A DNA stretch of 64,000 nt from Candidatus Babeliales bacterium (lineage in GTDB: Bacteria > Babelota > Babeliae > Babelales > JACPOV01): positions 505-64,504 of the forward strand of contig JAGVLQ010000026.1 of the NCBI GenBank assembly GCA_020054235.1, in the 5' to 3' direction. Below the pieces are notes generated by a model, which made no database searches, was not told the DNA's origin, and saw only the letters and a list, made by a program, of their open reading frames with translations. A program made the position numbers and the translations under genes. Positions 18,854 through 28,904 of this stretch are shown in pieces. Numbering within the stretch: position 1 is the stretch's first letter; every line of letters starts with the position of its first letter.

Positions 18854-18987
18854 AATTCCGTTCGTGGTGAGGAGCCGAAGGCGTCTCGAACCATTCGAAC
18901 TCCAAAAAAATTATTGAAAAAAATTGAAAAGTTCGTATGGTTCGAGACACAAACTTAATAGTTTGCTCCTCACCACGAACGGGAATT
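18854..18987. repeat. REP-like inverted-repeat dyad (~134 bp)
   Basis: The left arm CCGTTCGTGGTGAGGAGC...GTCTCGAACCATTCGAAC is complementary to the right arm GTTCGTATGGTTCGAGAC...GCTCCTCACCACGAACGG, around an A-rich spacer. Confidence 0.8.
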
Positions 18988-19005
18988 ACTATTTAATTGC
19001 GCGCA

Positions 19006-20388
19006 TTACCTACTGAATCGTGCAATGGTATCAATCAAATATTGGGCTGAAGGGCGATAGTTTCTTTCTTGAGTTTCAAAATTTACTGCAAAAATACCAT
19101 GTTTGTTTGCATATCCTTTATTCCAAGAATAGCAATCCATTAAAGTCCAAAAGAAATAACCGCGGACATCATATCCTTCAGCGATGCAACGGGAGGCAAC
19201 ATATAAATGTTTTCTGATATATTCATCACGCAATGCAGTATTTTCAGTCGCAACACCATTTTCCGTGATATAAATAGGAATGCCGAGTTTTGAAGCGCGC
19301 ACAATTGAGCGGTAAAGTCCTTCGGGATACATAACTTTGGTGCGTTCTGGGCGCCCATCTGAATCATCAACAACAGGTTCATTAGGGCGTGGGCATGCTT
19401 CAATTTTGAAGGGATGAATTTGTTTGACTGTCGTATGGGTGTAATAGTTCACCCCAAAAAAATCAAGTGAGCCAGGGGCATCTTTATTTTCACCACGAAT
19501 CCATGGTGGTAGCCAACGAAATTTTCCTGTTTTGAAAAATTGTATTGTTGTTTCATTAATCAAATAGCTAAATGTTTTAGTTATGGTTTTTACCAAAGGA
19601 TTCCATTTCGTATAAGAATCTAAGGGCTGAGACATGTGGGCGATACCAATTTTGGCATTCGGATTGATTTTTCTAAATTCTTGTGCAGCAGCAACGTGAG
19701 CATTGAGTTGGTTTAGAATAACCAAGCCGGCCAATGCTAAACTTTTTTTTGCTGGAGGATATACACCTCTGAAATAGCCTTCAAAAGCATAGGCAACAGG
19801 CTCATTAAAAATGATCCATTTTTTTACTTTAGTATGCAAATGCAAAAATACATAGCGAGCATATTCAACAAAATATTTTATATTGTCAGCATGCTCAAAA
19901 CTTTCTTTATCAAAAAACCATAGCGGGCAGGTATGATGAAATAAGGTTAGAACTGGTTCAATGCCAAGAGCTAGTAATTCATCTACAACGTCAATATAAT
20001 GTTGCATTGCTTCTCGGTCAAAAGAACCTTGGTGTGGTTCAATTTTTGCCCATTCAACAGAAAAGCGATAGATATTCATACCTACTTGTTTTAAGAGTTT
20101 AAAATCCTCTTTATAGCGAGTCCAGCGTTCACAAGCATGGCCGACTTTTTCAAGATTTGGTTTTGTTTTTTCATGGGCCGTCCAGCTATTTTCTATCGTT
20201 CGGCCACCAGCGGTAACAATACCTTCAGTTTGCAGGGCAGAATCAGAACAACCCCATAAAAAAGTTGGAGGAAACCAAACCTGATTGTAATCTATAGTAG
20301 ACCAATCCCAATTTATTTCACGCGAAGTTGCAAAAAACGGTAAAAGAGAGAAAATAGAGAATATTAGAAATGAAAAAAAACGATACAT
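19006..20388 (-). CDS. Glycoside hydrolase family 1 (beta-glucosidase-like), exported
   Basis: FPPTFLWG, YRFSVEWAKIEP, acid/base IFNEP, nucleophile ITENG, GYFFWTLMD, and a signal peptide. Confidence 0.92.
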   Translation of the reverse strand: MYRFFSFLIFSIFSLLPFFATSREINWDWSTIDYNQVWFPPTFLWGCSDSALQTEGIVTAGGRTIENSWTAHEKTKPNLEKVGHACERWTRYKEDFKLLKQVGMNIYRFSVEWAKIEPHQGSFDREAMQHYIDVVDELLALGIEPVLTLFHHTCPLWFFDKESFEHADNIKYFVEYARYVFLHLHTKVKKWIIFNEPVAYAFEGYFRGVYPPAKKSLALAGLVILNQLNAHVAAAQEFRKINPNAKIGIAHMSQPLDSYTKWNPLVKTITKTFSYLINETTIQFFKTGKFRWLPPWIRGENKDAPGSLDFFGVNYYTHTTVKQIHPFKIEACPRPNEPVVDDSDGRPERTKVMYPEGLYRSIVRASKLGIPIYITENGVATENTALRDEYIRKHLYVASRCIAEGYDVRGYFFWTLMDCYSWNKGYANKHGIFAVNFETQERNYRPSAQYLIDTIARFSR

Positions 20389-20482
20389 ATTTATATTTAT
20401 CCTTTATTTTTTAATTATAAAAAAATAACAAATAGTCTATAATGATTACTATTCATGTATCGTATTAACTATAAAAGGTTAC

Positions 20483-21667
20483 TTGATGAAAGACAACTCT
20501 GTTGAACAGAATAAGCATGAACGGAGTGAGCAGAAAAAGATCATCATTTTTTCTTGCTATGGCGGGGGAGGGCACATGTCTGCTGCTAAAGCGATCGAAA
20601 ATTACTTGAGCAATTATCAAGTAAAAATAATCGATGCAATTGGAGGTCTTTTTGCTCAAATTGATCCGATATATTATTTGACTTTTAAATACTATACTGG
20701 TCAAGATTTCTATAATTATTTGTTGCGCCATAATAGAAAACGCATTACTAATCTATTTTTTTATTTTGGTGCTTTGATGTGCTCACTAAGAAAAAAATCT
20801 ATGTTTCGAATTCTTGAACAATCAATCATTGAAGAAAAAACAGATCTTATAATTTCTGTTATTCCGTTGGTAAATAATGTGTTGGCAGAAATTTCAAGAA
20901 AACATTCTATTCCTTATTTTTTAGTACCGACTGATTTAGATATTCAATCATTTATAAAAGAGGTTCAATTTGCTCACCAAAAAAACAGTATGCTATGTCT
21001 TGGTTATGATTATCCTGAAATAAAAAAATGTATTGATGAAAAATTTATTCCTGCAAGTCATATAAAAGTTACGGGATTTCCTATCCGTAATGCCTTTTTT
21101 GAAAAAAAGGATTGTGCGCAAATAAAAAAAGATCTTTCTATTGATTTTTCAAAGCCAGTTGTCATGTTGGTTATGGGAGCAACAGGATCAACAGCAACAT
21201 TGAGTTATTTACAGGAACTTATAAAAATAACGGTGCCATTTCATCTGATTATTTGTGTTGGCAGAAGTACAAGTTTATACAAGCCAATCGAAAAAACTAC
21301 ATTTCCTGACCATATAACGTATTCAATTTTTAATGGCAATCGTGATATTTCTGATGCTATGGCAATTTCAGATCTTTGTATTACCAAACCAGGTTCAGTA
21401 ACCTTTTCAGAGGTTTTGTATATGAATATTCCCGTAATCATTGATAATACAACGCCGGCATTAATATGGGAATGTATGAATTTAGATATGGTAAAAAATT
21501 ATGGCTTGGGAACAATTATTACCAGTTATCAACAAATAAAAAAAATAGTGACAACCTATTTGATTGATAAAGAACTACGAATAATGACTAAAAATAATAT
21601 TGTTGCAATAGCAAAAAAAGATTTTGGTAAAGAATTTAAAAAGCTAGTTGATGGTGTTTTTGAATAA
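20483..21667 (+). CDS. Diacylglycerol glycosyltransferase (MGDG synthase / UgtP-like, GT28)
   Basis: GGGGHMSAAKAI, VPTD, TGFPIR, ITKPGSVTFSE. Confidence 0.85.
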   Translation: MMKDNSVEQNKHERSEQKKIIIFSCYGGGGHMSAAKAIENYLSNYQVKIIDAIGGLFAQIDPIYYLTFKYYTGQDFYNYLLRHNRKRITNLFFYFGALMCSLRKKSMFRILEQSIIEEKTDLIISVIPLVNNVLAEISRKHSIPYFLVPTDLDIQSFIKEVQFAHQKNSMLCLGYDYPEIKKCIDEKFIPASHIKVTGFPIRNAFFEKKDCAQIKKDLSIDFSKPVVMLVMGATGSTATLSYLQELIKITVPFHLIICVGRSTSLYKPIEKTTFPDHITYSIFNGNRDISDAMAISDLCITKPGSVTFSEVLYMNIPVIIDNTTPALIWECMNLDMVKNYGLGTIITSYQQIKKIVTTYLIDKELRIMTKNNIVAIAKKDFGKEFKKLVDGVFE

Positions 21668-21670
21668 AAT

Positions 21671-23896
21671 TCAAATATTTTTTTGTAAAATAGTAGTCTT
21701 TTTGTGCATGTTTTTTAAGCCCGTAACTTCTTGTACTTTTTGTGATGATGAGCTATGGAATGCAAAACCAAGTTTTATTATTTCGTCAATAAAATCCATA
21801 GGTTTCAATCCAATTTCTGCAGCTTGATGAAAAATACATGTTGCAGGCGTTAGTCCTGGCAAAGTATTTATTTCCAAAATAACTACGCGTTCTTTTTTTG
21901 TTGGACTTTGTGCTGCTGTTTGATAAAAACAATCAATGCGGGCATATCCTTTACAGTCAACTGCTGTAAAAGCTTTTTCTATTGTTTTTTGGATAAATTC
22001 AAGAGTTTTTTTAGCTAAAGGGGCTGGGGTTTGGTTTTCTCCAGCACCAGGTAAAAATTTTTCTTGAATTGAGAGAATTCCCTTTTGTGCGATAGCTTGG
22101 CTTGGTGGTAAAGCCCTAGGTTTTTCGTTACCTAGAACCCCTACGGTTAATTCTATACCATGTATGAATTCTTCAACAAGCGCAAAATTTCTTTGCGCAG
22201 CAAAAATAGTTTCAAGGGCTATATTTAATTCTTGTTCATTGTTTGCCTTTGAAACCATAACGCTGCATCCATCATTATGTGGTTTTACAATGCATGGAAA
22301 TTTTAGTGTTGCAGCAATGTTTTTGGTAAGTGATTTTTTTTGTTCTTTCCATTGCGCGACACTAATTAACATTGCGCGAGGAACATCAAATCCTTGAGAA
22401 GCTAAAAATTGTGAAGTTTTAAATTTATCGATACAAAGTGCTGTTGAAAGGATTGAAGAACCATTATAGGGTAATTCAAGCATTTCTAAGGCCCCTTGAA
22501 CACAACCATTTTCACCTTCACCGCCATGGAGTGCAATAAAAACAAAATCTGCAATCGAAGGTAATTCATGCCAACCTAATTTCATGTCGGGGGTTATAAG
22601 ATCTTCTATTTCCTGGGTTGAATTTGACACCAGCATGCGCGTATTTAATCGGTAAAGCTCTAAAGATCGTGATAAAAAAAGAGGAATTGGTTCATATGTA
22701 TGTGGTGAAAGTTTATAGGTAACATTGCGTCCCGATTCTAATGAAATTTCTCGTTCATCAGAACGGCCACCCATGATTACTGCAACACGGATTTTTTTTT
22801 CTTGCAGATTGGTAGACATTTTTTGAAAGGCTTTCTTTTTTTGTATGCCATAAGCATGGAGTTCTGTTTCTATAAAATGATTGATCAATTGAGTATGATT
22901 CATATTGATCTGTGCTGCTTGTTTGAACAAAAAACTTGAGGGCGCAGCGCCAGAAAACGAATTGGGGTCAATAATAATAATTTCATTTTCAGATGTTAAA
23001 AAGCCATCAATACGGCCAAGATTTTTAAATTCTAAAATTTCCATTACCTTGACACATTCAGCTTGAATTTTTCTTATCAATGCAGCATTGCAGCGCGCCG
23101 GAGTATATTGCAAAGAACTTCCCGGCATGTATTTTTGATCATAATCAAAAAAATCTACATGTTTATTGATCACAATTTCTGTTGGCGGAAGAGGAAGAAG
23201 CATTTGGTTTTTGTAATCAGTAATGACAATGCAAGAAAATTCCATACCATCAATTTTTTTTTCAATAAGAACTGGTTGTGCTTTTTTATTGACGAAACGT
23301 GCATTTTGTATAGCTTTTAAAAGTTGATCTTTATGCTGAACAATGCTAGTGCCTAGACTAGAGCCTTCTTTTGCAGGTTTTACAATAACGGGAAATGGAA
23401 TATTTTCTTCATGAAGTTTTTGAGTAATTGCGGGAATATCATTGTGCTGTTGTTCTACTATAATACCTTTTGGAACTTTAATAGAATGTGCTTGTAAAAT
23501 TTTTTTCTGCATGATTTTGTCCATGCCCAATGCGCTTGCATATACTTTAGAGCCAAAATAAGGGATTTGTAAAAGTTCGAGCATGCCTTGCAGGGTGCCA
23601 TCTTCAGCAAACCGACCATGCATCGCAATGTACATAAAATCAATATACTTTTTTAGGCAATCCCACGTAATATGTTGCGCTTCGTTTTTTAAGCGATGAA
23701 CAAAATCAACTATTTTTCCACGATACAAAAATGCCCAAGGAAGAATATAAATTGTTCCGTCCAGAGTTTGAAATAAAGGAACTATTTCATAGCATGCAGT
23801 GTCGAGATGATCACAAATAGTGCGACCAGAATTGAGAGATACTTCGCATTCTTTTGATTTTCCTCCCATAAAAACACCGACGCGAATTTTTTGCAT
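21671..23896 (-). CDS. ddl: Tandem double D-alanine--D-alanine ligase (two ATP-grasp Ddl domains)
   Basis: Both halves have MGG.S.E.E.SL.SG, HG...E[DN]G..QG and VKP. The C-terminal half has ARID and EINTLPG. Confidence 0.85.
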   Translation of the reverse strand: MQKIRVGVFMGGKSKECEVSLNSGRTICDHLDTACYEIVPLFQTLDGTIYILPWAFLYRGKIVDFVHRLKNEAQHITWDCLKKYIDFMYIAMHGRFAEDGTLQGMLELLQIPYFGSKVYASALGMDKIMQKKILQAHSIKVPKGIIVEQQHNDIPAITQKLHEENIPFPVIVKPAKEGSSLGTSIVQHKDQLLKAIQNARFVNKKAQPVLIEKKIDGMEFSCIVITDYKNQMLLPLPPTEIVINKHVDFFDYDQKYMPGSSLQYTPARCNAALIRKIQAECVKVMEILEFKNLGRIDGFLTSENEIIIIDPNSFSGAAPSSFLFKQAAQINMNHTQLINHFIETELHAYGIQKKKAFQKMSTNLQEKKIRVAVIMGGRSDEREISLESGRNVTYKLSPHTYEPIPLFLSRSLELYRLNTRMLVSNSTQEIEDLITPDMKLGWHELPSIADFVFIALHGGEGENGCVQGALEMLELPYNGSSILSTALCIDKFKTSQFLASQGFDVPRAMLISVAQWKEQKKSLTKNIAATLKFPCIVKPHNDGCSVMVSKANNEQELNIALETIFAAQRNFALVEEFIHGIELTVGVLGNEKPRALPPSQAIAQKGILSIQEKFLPGAGENQTPAPLAKKTLEFIQKTIEKAFTAVDCKGYARIDCFYQTAAQSPTKKERVVILEINTLPGLTPATCIFHQAAEIGLKPMDFIDEIIKLGFAFHSSSSQKVQEVTGLKNMHKKTTILQKNI

Positions 23897-24161
23897 CTAT
23901 TTCCTTTAACTTCTCAATCAAAATCTATAGAATCAACATAAATAAGTAGACTAAAGTATAAAACAATATAAAAAAACCGGAAAATTCTTTATAGTAAAAC
24001 TAAGCATACTTCATAACGGTGAAAAATTTAATCCATTTACAGGTCAGCTTTAGTTTTTTTTCGTTCTAGCAATAAAGTTGGCAAGAATTATCATAAATTT
24101 GAGCTACAAATATATATTGAAAGAATAGATTAATGAAGGATTTTAATAACGATTTAAGACT

Positions 24162-24716
24162 ATGAAAAAAAAGAAAAAATTGGAAAATTTAATTTGGGTT
24201 GACCTTGAAATGACAGGGCTTGATCCGCATTCTGATGTAATTTTAGAAATTGCAACAATTATTACTGATCCACAATTAAATATTCTTGCTGAAGGCCCTG
24301 ATTATGTTATTCATCATGAAGATGATGTGTTAATGAACATGAATGACTGGTGTAAAGAACAACACGGACTTTCTGGCCTTACCCAAGCGGTTAGGGATTC
24401 TATTATAACAATTGAGCAAGCAGAGCAAGATACGTTTGAATTTATTAAAGAATTTTCTACTCAAGGCAAAAGTATGTTGGCTGGCAATACTGTTTGGGTT
24501 GATCGTATTTTTCTAAAAAAATATATGCCAAAAGTTGTTAACTATTTGCATTACAAATTAATTGATGTGACTTCAATTCAACAACTAGTACAAGCTTGGT
24601 ATCCTGATAATCCAAATAGAGAATTTAAAAAAGCAGATACGCATCGTGCTTTAGATGATATAAAAGAGTCAATTGCAGAATTACAGCATTATCGAAAGTA
24701 TTTCTTTATTCCATAA
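24162..24716 (+). CDS. orn: Oligoribonuclease
   Basis: LIWVDLEMTGLDP, ILEIATIITD, LAGNTVWVDR, HRALDDIKESIAEL. Confidence 0.96.
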   Translation: MKKKKKLENLIWVDLEMTGLDPHSDVILEIATIITDPQLNILAEGPDYVIHHEDDVLMNMNDWCKEQHGLSGLTQAVRDSIITIEQAEQDTFEFIKEFSTQGKSMLAGNTVWVDRIFLKKYMPKVVNYLHYKLIDVTSIQQLVQAWYPDNPNREFKKADTHRALDDIKESIAELQHYRKYFFIP

Positions 24717-24744
24717 ATCAGTTTTCAAAAAAAGGGTTATTGTA

Positions 24745-25602
24745 GTGAATAAAAAACTATTATTTTTATTTTTGTTATTTTTTTCAACGTATTGTTTTTG
24801 TCTTGGGCAAAAAGAGATTGATCTTTTTAATGCTGTAAACCAAAACAATCTGCCAAAAATCAAAGAATTAATTGCACAAAAAGCTGATGTAAATGCGCGA
24901 ACAAGAGAAGGTTTAACACCATTGCATTACGCTGAAGATATTCACATAGTTGATTTTCTTATAAAAGCTGGTGCTGATATCAATGCTACTACAAATGATA
25001 AAACTACCCCCTTATTTTCTGCTTTGTTTACCGAAAATAGAAAAAAAGCTGCTTTGTTGTTACAAGCAGGAGCAGCTGTAAATACTATTGTAAAAGCTGG
25101 TGGTCAAGATTATACACCCCTTCGTTGGGCAGTTGAAGTACATGATTATCCTCTGGTAAAACTGATGCTTAAAAAAGGAGCTGAAATTCCTTCATATTTG
25201 CAAGAACTTTTACAAGGAATTGGCAACGTTGAAATTGCACGATTATTGCAACTGGTTCAAGACTATAAAATCTTACATGCAAAAGACTCCAACCAATTAA
25301 ATCTAAAAGATAAAAAAGGTTTGACTCGTATGCATCAAGCTGTTATTGATAACGATCTGGTCAAAATTGATGCATTGCTTATTGCGGGAGCAGATATTAA
25401 TAAACAAGACATAAGTGGCAACACACCGTTGGATCTTGCATTTAAAAAAAATAAGGAAAATATAATAAAACGCTTAATGAGCAACGGTGCACAAGCTAAT
25501 ACTTATAGGGCTATGATTAATCTTAGCAATGCTTTACAAAACCTGCTTGTTGCCTTTAAAAATTTGCATATTGAAATAAAAGATATTTTACTTTATGATT
25601 AA
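24745..25602 (+). CDS. Secreted ankyrin-repeat protein
   Basis: Probable GTG start (VNKKLLFLFLL signal). Ankyrin motifs ADVNAR..GLTPLHYA, GADINA, GADINKQDISGNTPLDLA. Confidence 0.85.
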   Translation: MNKKLLFLFLLFFSTYCFCLGQKEIDLFNAVNQNNLPKIKELIAQKADVNARTREGLTPLHYAEDIHIVDFLIKAGADINATTNDKTTPLFSALFTENRKKAALLLQAGAAVNTIVKAGGQDYTPLRWAVEVHDYPLVKLMLKKGAEIPSYLQELLQGIGNVEIARLLQLVQDYKILHAKDSNQLNLKDKKGLTRMHQAVIDNDLVKIDALLIAGADINKQDISGNTPLDLAFKKNKENIIKRLMSNGAQANTYRAMINLSNALQNLLVAFKNLHIEIKDILLYD

Positions 25603-25619
25603 ATCTTTATCCATAAATA

Positions 25620-26075
25620 TCATTCATTAGATAAATTGGGTTCATCTACTGGCATTCTTGTTCCTACAATTTCAAGGGTCATTAGTTCTTCAGAATTATT
25701 TTTTGGAAATGTAATAAGAGATTGAAATACGGTATCATTTAAATTATACAATAGTTGTTTTATAGAAGGATTCTTTTTTTCAATAAGATTTAAAATTTTT
25801 TCTTCTAATAAATCATAGTGGTCTTTACTAAAAGCTTTTATTAAAATAGAGCATGGAGGAGTAACTTTTTCAATTTTTTTTTCTAATCTCTTTTCATCTT
25901 GTTCATTCATGATGTTATAAATATCGATTTTGAAAGATTTATGTCCAAATTCTTGTACGAATTCTATTCTATTGTTGCCCAGTATTTTAAAAAATTTTTT
26001 ATTTTCTATTTGTTGCATTGCTTGCAAGGGAATATAAGATATGAATATTATTAAATAATGGAGCTTTTTTTTCAT
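25620..26075 (-). CDS. Hypothetical exported protein
   Basis: MKKKLHYLIIFISYIPLQAMQ signal peptide. Confidence 0.6.
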   Translation of the reverse strand: MKKKLHYLIIFISYIPLQAMQQIENKKFFKILGNNRIEFVQEFGHKSFKIDIYNIMNEQDEKRLEKKIEKVTPPCSILIKAFSKDHYDLLEEKILNLIEKKNPSIKQLLYNLNDTVFQSLITFPKNNSEELMTLEIVGTRMPVDEPNLSNE

Positions 26076-26174
26076 AAAAAAATCCTTGTTAATGATTATT
26101 TTTATTGAACGGTCTAGTATCTTTTAAAATAATAAGAAATGTTATAAAAAATCAATAATAAAAAATTTTGGAAA

Positions 26175-28148
26175 TCAAAGAGGGTTAGGGGTAAAAAATA
26201 TGGAGCTTTTAAACTTTTTATGATCGATTATGCGTATAAGATCGATCAATTGACTAAAATTTTCAGCTTTCAGATAAATTTTGCGTAGGAAATAATTTTT
26301 GATTTTATATACAGGGGGAAGTGCCGGGCCAAGAAGAGTGATGTTAAATTTTTTGTTTTTTATTTGTATAGAAAGGAGTAGTGCTAAACTCCGTGCATCA
26401 TTGTTAATAATATTTTCATCATCAAATTTTAGCTCAAGCTCTGCCAATCGTATACAGGGTGGATATTGTGCGGCTTGTCGTGCTTGTAGTTCTTGATTAT
26501 AAAATTCCAGATAATTGACTTCATGTATGTAATCAAATATGCGATGATCCATCATTGTTTGTACAATAACTAAGCTATCAGCGCGCTCGCGTCCTGCGCG
26601 GCCAGCAACCTGAATTATTTGTTGTAATGTTGTTTCTGCAGCATTATAGAGAGGAAAATGCAAATTCAAATCAGCCCACAAAATGCCTACTAACGTTACA
26701 TTCGGAAAATGATAACCCTTGGTTATTGTTTGTGTGCCAACTAAAATATCAAGATTGCCGGAAGAGAAATCATCCATAGTTTTTTGCCAATTTTTTTTGT
26801 TGATTGTGCTATCAAGGTCAGCACGACCTATGCGTGCTGTTGGCAAGAGATTTTGTAAAAGTGAAACTAATTGTTGTGTGCCAATTCCTTTTTTTATAAA
26901 TTGCGAAGCTGATGCCTTGCAAGTTATGCATTCTTGAGGCAATTGTATAGTTACATCGCAATAATGACAGCGTAAAATATTGTCTTGATGCAATGTTAAG
27001 CTTACGGAGCAGCTTGAACAATTAAAAATAAAACTACATGCTTTACATTGTACAAAAAAACTAAACCCACGCCGGTTTAAAAAAATAATACTTTGCTCTT
27101 TCTTTGCAAGCCTATCTTTTAATGCTTGTTCTAAATCCCGCGTGATCCAGAAATTGCGTCGTTGTTTTTTGTCATTTAATAGTACTGTTTTTATAGTAGG
27201 AAAAGCACCAGCAAACCGTTTTTTTAATTGAAAAAAATGCCATTCTTTTGTTTTGACCTGATGCAATGTTTGTACAGATGGTGTCGCCGAACCAAGTACG
27301 ATAGGTATTTGGTAGCGTTGCGCACGCAGGAGAGCAGCTTCCTTACTATTAATTTTAGGGTGTTTTTTTTCTTGGTAGCCAGTTTCATGTTCTTCATCAA
27401 CTAAAATCAAACCAAGATGGGCAATGGGTAGCAAAATGGGCAAGTGCACACCAATAATAAGCATCGGTTCTTGTGCAAGTAATTTTTGCCACAATATTCT
27501 TTTTTCTTTAATGCTAGTTGCAGAATGAAAACTAAAAATAGGTACTTCTGAAGGCAATTGCTTTTTTAATAATTGGGTAAATTGAACGGCTAAGCTTACT
27601 TCTGGTAATAATAACAAGACTGCCTTTTTTTCTGCAATTGCCGTAGTTATGCATGCTTTATAAATTTCCGTTTTACCTGACCCAGTGACGCCATGCAATA
27701 CTGTTGGGACAAATTGTGGATGCTTAATATGCGGTATTAAAAAATCAACTACCTGCTGTTGTTCATCAGTTAAAATAATTTTTTTTTCTATTTTTTTGGT
27801 ATTAGAAGTTTTTTCTTTCTGTTCTCGTTTGAGTTCTTTTTGCACCATGAATTGGCGCATGCGTTTGATAAAATGCAAGGGTGAAACGCAATAGTATCCA
27901 GCGAGTTTATGAATAAATGCTTGATAATTGCTGTCAACAGGAAAGGCTTCTAGTTCAAGCGCTTTTTTTATGGCAAAAGGAACCTCTGGTTTTTGTAATA
28001 CAATGTTTTCTATCATTGCCGGTAATTTTGTGGTGCGAAAAGGCACTTTAACCGCTGCCCCAATAAAGACATGCTGTTGCCATTCCGGTGGAACTTCATA
28101 CCAGAGTGGCTCAGGAAATCCTTTTAAAAGGCGGACTTGAATGTACAT
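26175..28148 (-). CDS. priA: Primosomal protein N'
   Basis: LHGVTGSGKTEIY, DEEHE, LGSATPS, FLNRRG, four CxxC motifs, QVAGRAGR. Confidence 0.96.
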   Translation of the reverse strand: MYIQVRLLKGFPEPLWYEVPPEWQQHVFIGAAVKVPFRTTKLPAMIENIVLQKPEVPFAIKKALELEAFPVDSNYQAFIHKLAGYYCVSPLHFIKRMRQFMVQKELKREQKEKTSNTKKIEKKIILTDEQQQVVDFLIPHIKHPQFVPTVLHGVTGSGKTEIYKACITTAIAEKKAVLLLLPEVSLAVQFTQLLKKQLPSEVPIFSFHSATSIKEKRILWQKLLAQEPMLIIGVHLPILLPIAHLGLILVDEEHETGYQEKKHPKINSKEAALLRAQRYQIPIVLGSATPSVQTLHQVKTKEWHFFQLKKRFAGAFPTIKTVLLNDKKQRRNFWITRDLEQALKDRLAKKEQSIIFLNRRGFSFFVQCKACSFIFNCSSCSVSLTLHQDNILRCHYCDVTIQLPQECITCKASASQFIKKGIGTQQLVSLLQNLLPTARIGRADLDSTINKKNWQKTMDDFSSGNLDILVGTQTITKGYHFPNVTLVGILWADLNLHFPLYNAAETTLQQIIQVAGRAGRERADSLVIVQTMMDHRIFDYIHEVNYLEFYNQELQARQAAQYPPCIRLAELELKFDDENIINNDARSLALLLSIQIKNKKFNITLLGPALPPVYKIKNYFLRKIYLKAENFSQLIDLIRIIDHKKFKSSIFFTPNPL

Positions 28149-28329
28149 AAAAAATGCTTTTTTTTAAATTAATTTTTTTATTTAAGTGTAACAATTCTTG
28201 TTTTAAAAATCTTTTTTTCTTTGAAATTTGTATAAACTTCACCTGTTTATCTTTTTACTCTGTCTTACGGCTTTGCGGGCAGCATAAGGAGTGTTGTTTG
28301 GTCAACAGCCCTTAACCCTAGACCACATA

Positions 28330-28750
28330 ATCCTTCGACAAGCTCAGGATGAACGGAGTGAAGAGTGAGCGCAGCGTTTACTACTGAGTTGATCGAAGTA
28401 TCAGGATGAGCGGAGAAAAAAATTCCGAGCATACTGAGTGATTTACGTAGTAAATTGTATCGAAGTATCTACGCTTATAACTCGCCTCTAATTTTTACCA
28501 GTAAAAATTCAGAGTCTCATACAGATAAGCTAATTAGGTTAAAATATCTAATTTAACTATTTTTTTATTTTGAAGCGCTCGAATGGGAAGTTTTCTTACG
28601 AAAACTTTGCTCTCGCGAGTCAAAATTATTTTTTCTACGAAAAAAAATTAATTTAATTCTGCGAGAGATGAGCGATAGCAGCCTGCCCGCCGAAGCTTTA
28701 TGCGAAGGCAGGGTACAAGCAAAAAAATATTGGTCCCCCGGAAGGGGCGT
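28330..28750. repeat. Cluster of REP-like palindromes and hairpins in the priA upstream spacer
   Basis: TCCTTCGACAAGCTCAGGATGAACGG; two ACTGAGT...TCGAAGTATC units; TCAGGATGAGCGG; CCTGCCCGCCGAAGCTTTATGCGAAGGCAGG; nested stems at 28576-28674. Confidence 0.65.
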
Positions 28751-28904
28751 GAGATAGATATAGGAGAGAAGTTAGTGGCCATGAAAATTTTTTTTGCATT
28801 TTATAAATGCATTTAAAAAAAACTATAGAAATAAAAATCATTGAATTTCAAACAGTAGTCTTCTTACAGTTAAAGAAAGAAAATTTTTTTAAAAAAAGAA
28901 AACT

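Noticed and set aside
28330-28470. Repeated TCAGGATGA.CGGAG / ACTGAGT..TCGAAGTATC units as a mini-CRISPR
   Set aside because: Only two copies of each, irregular spacing and no cas genes; they fit REP-like elements better.
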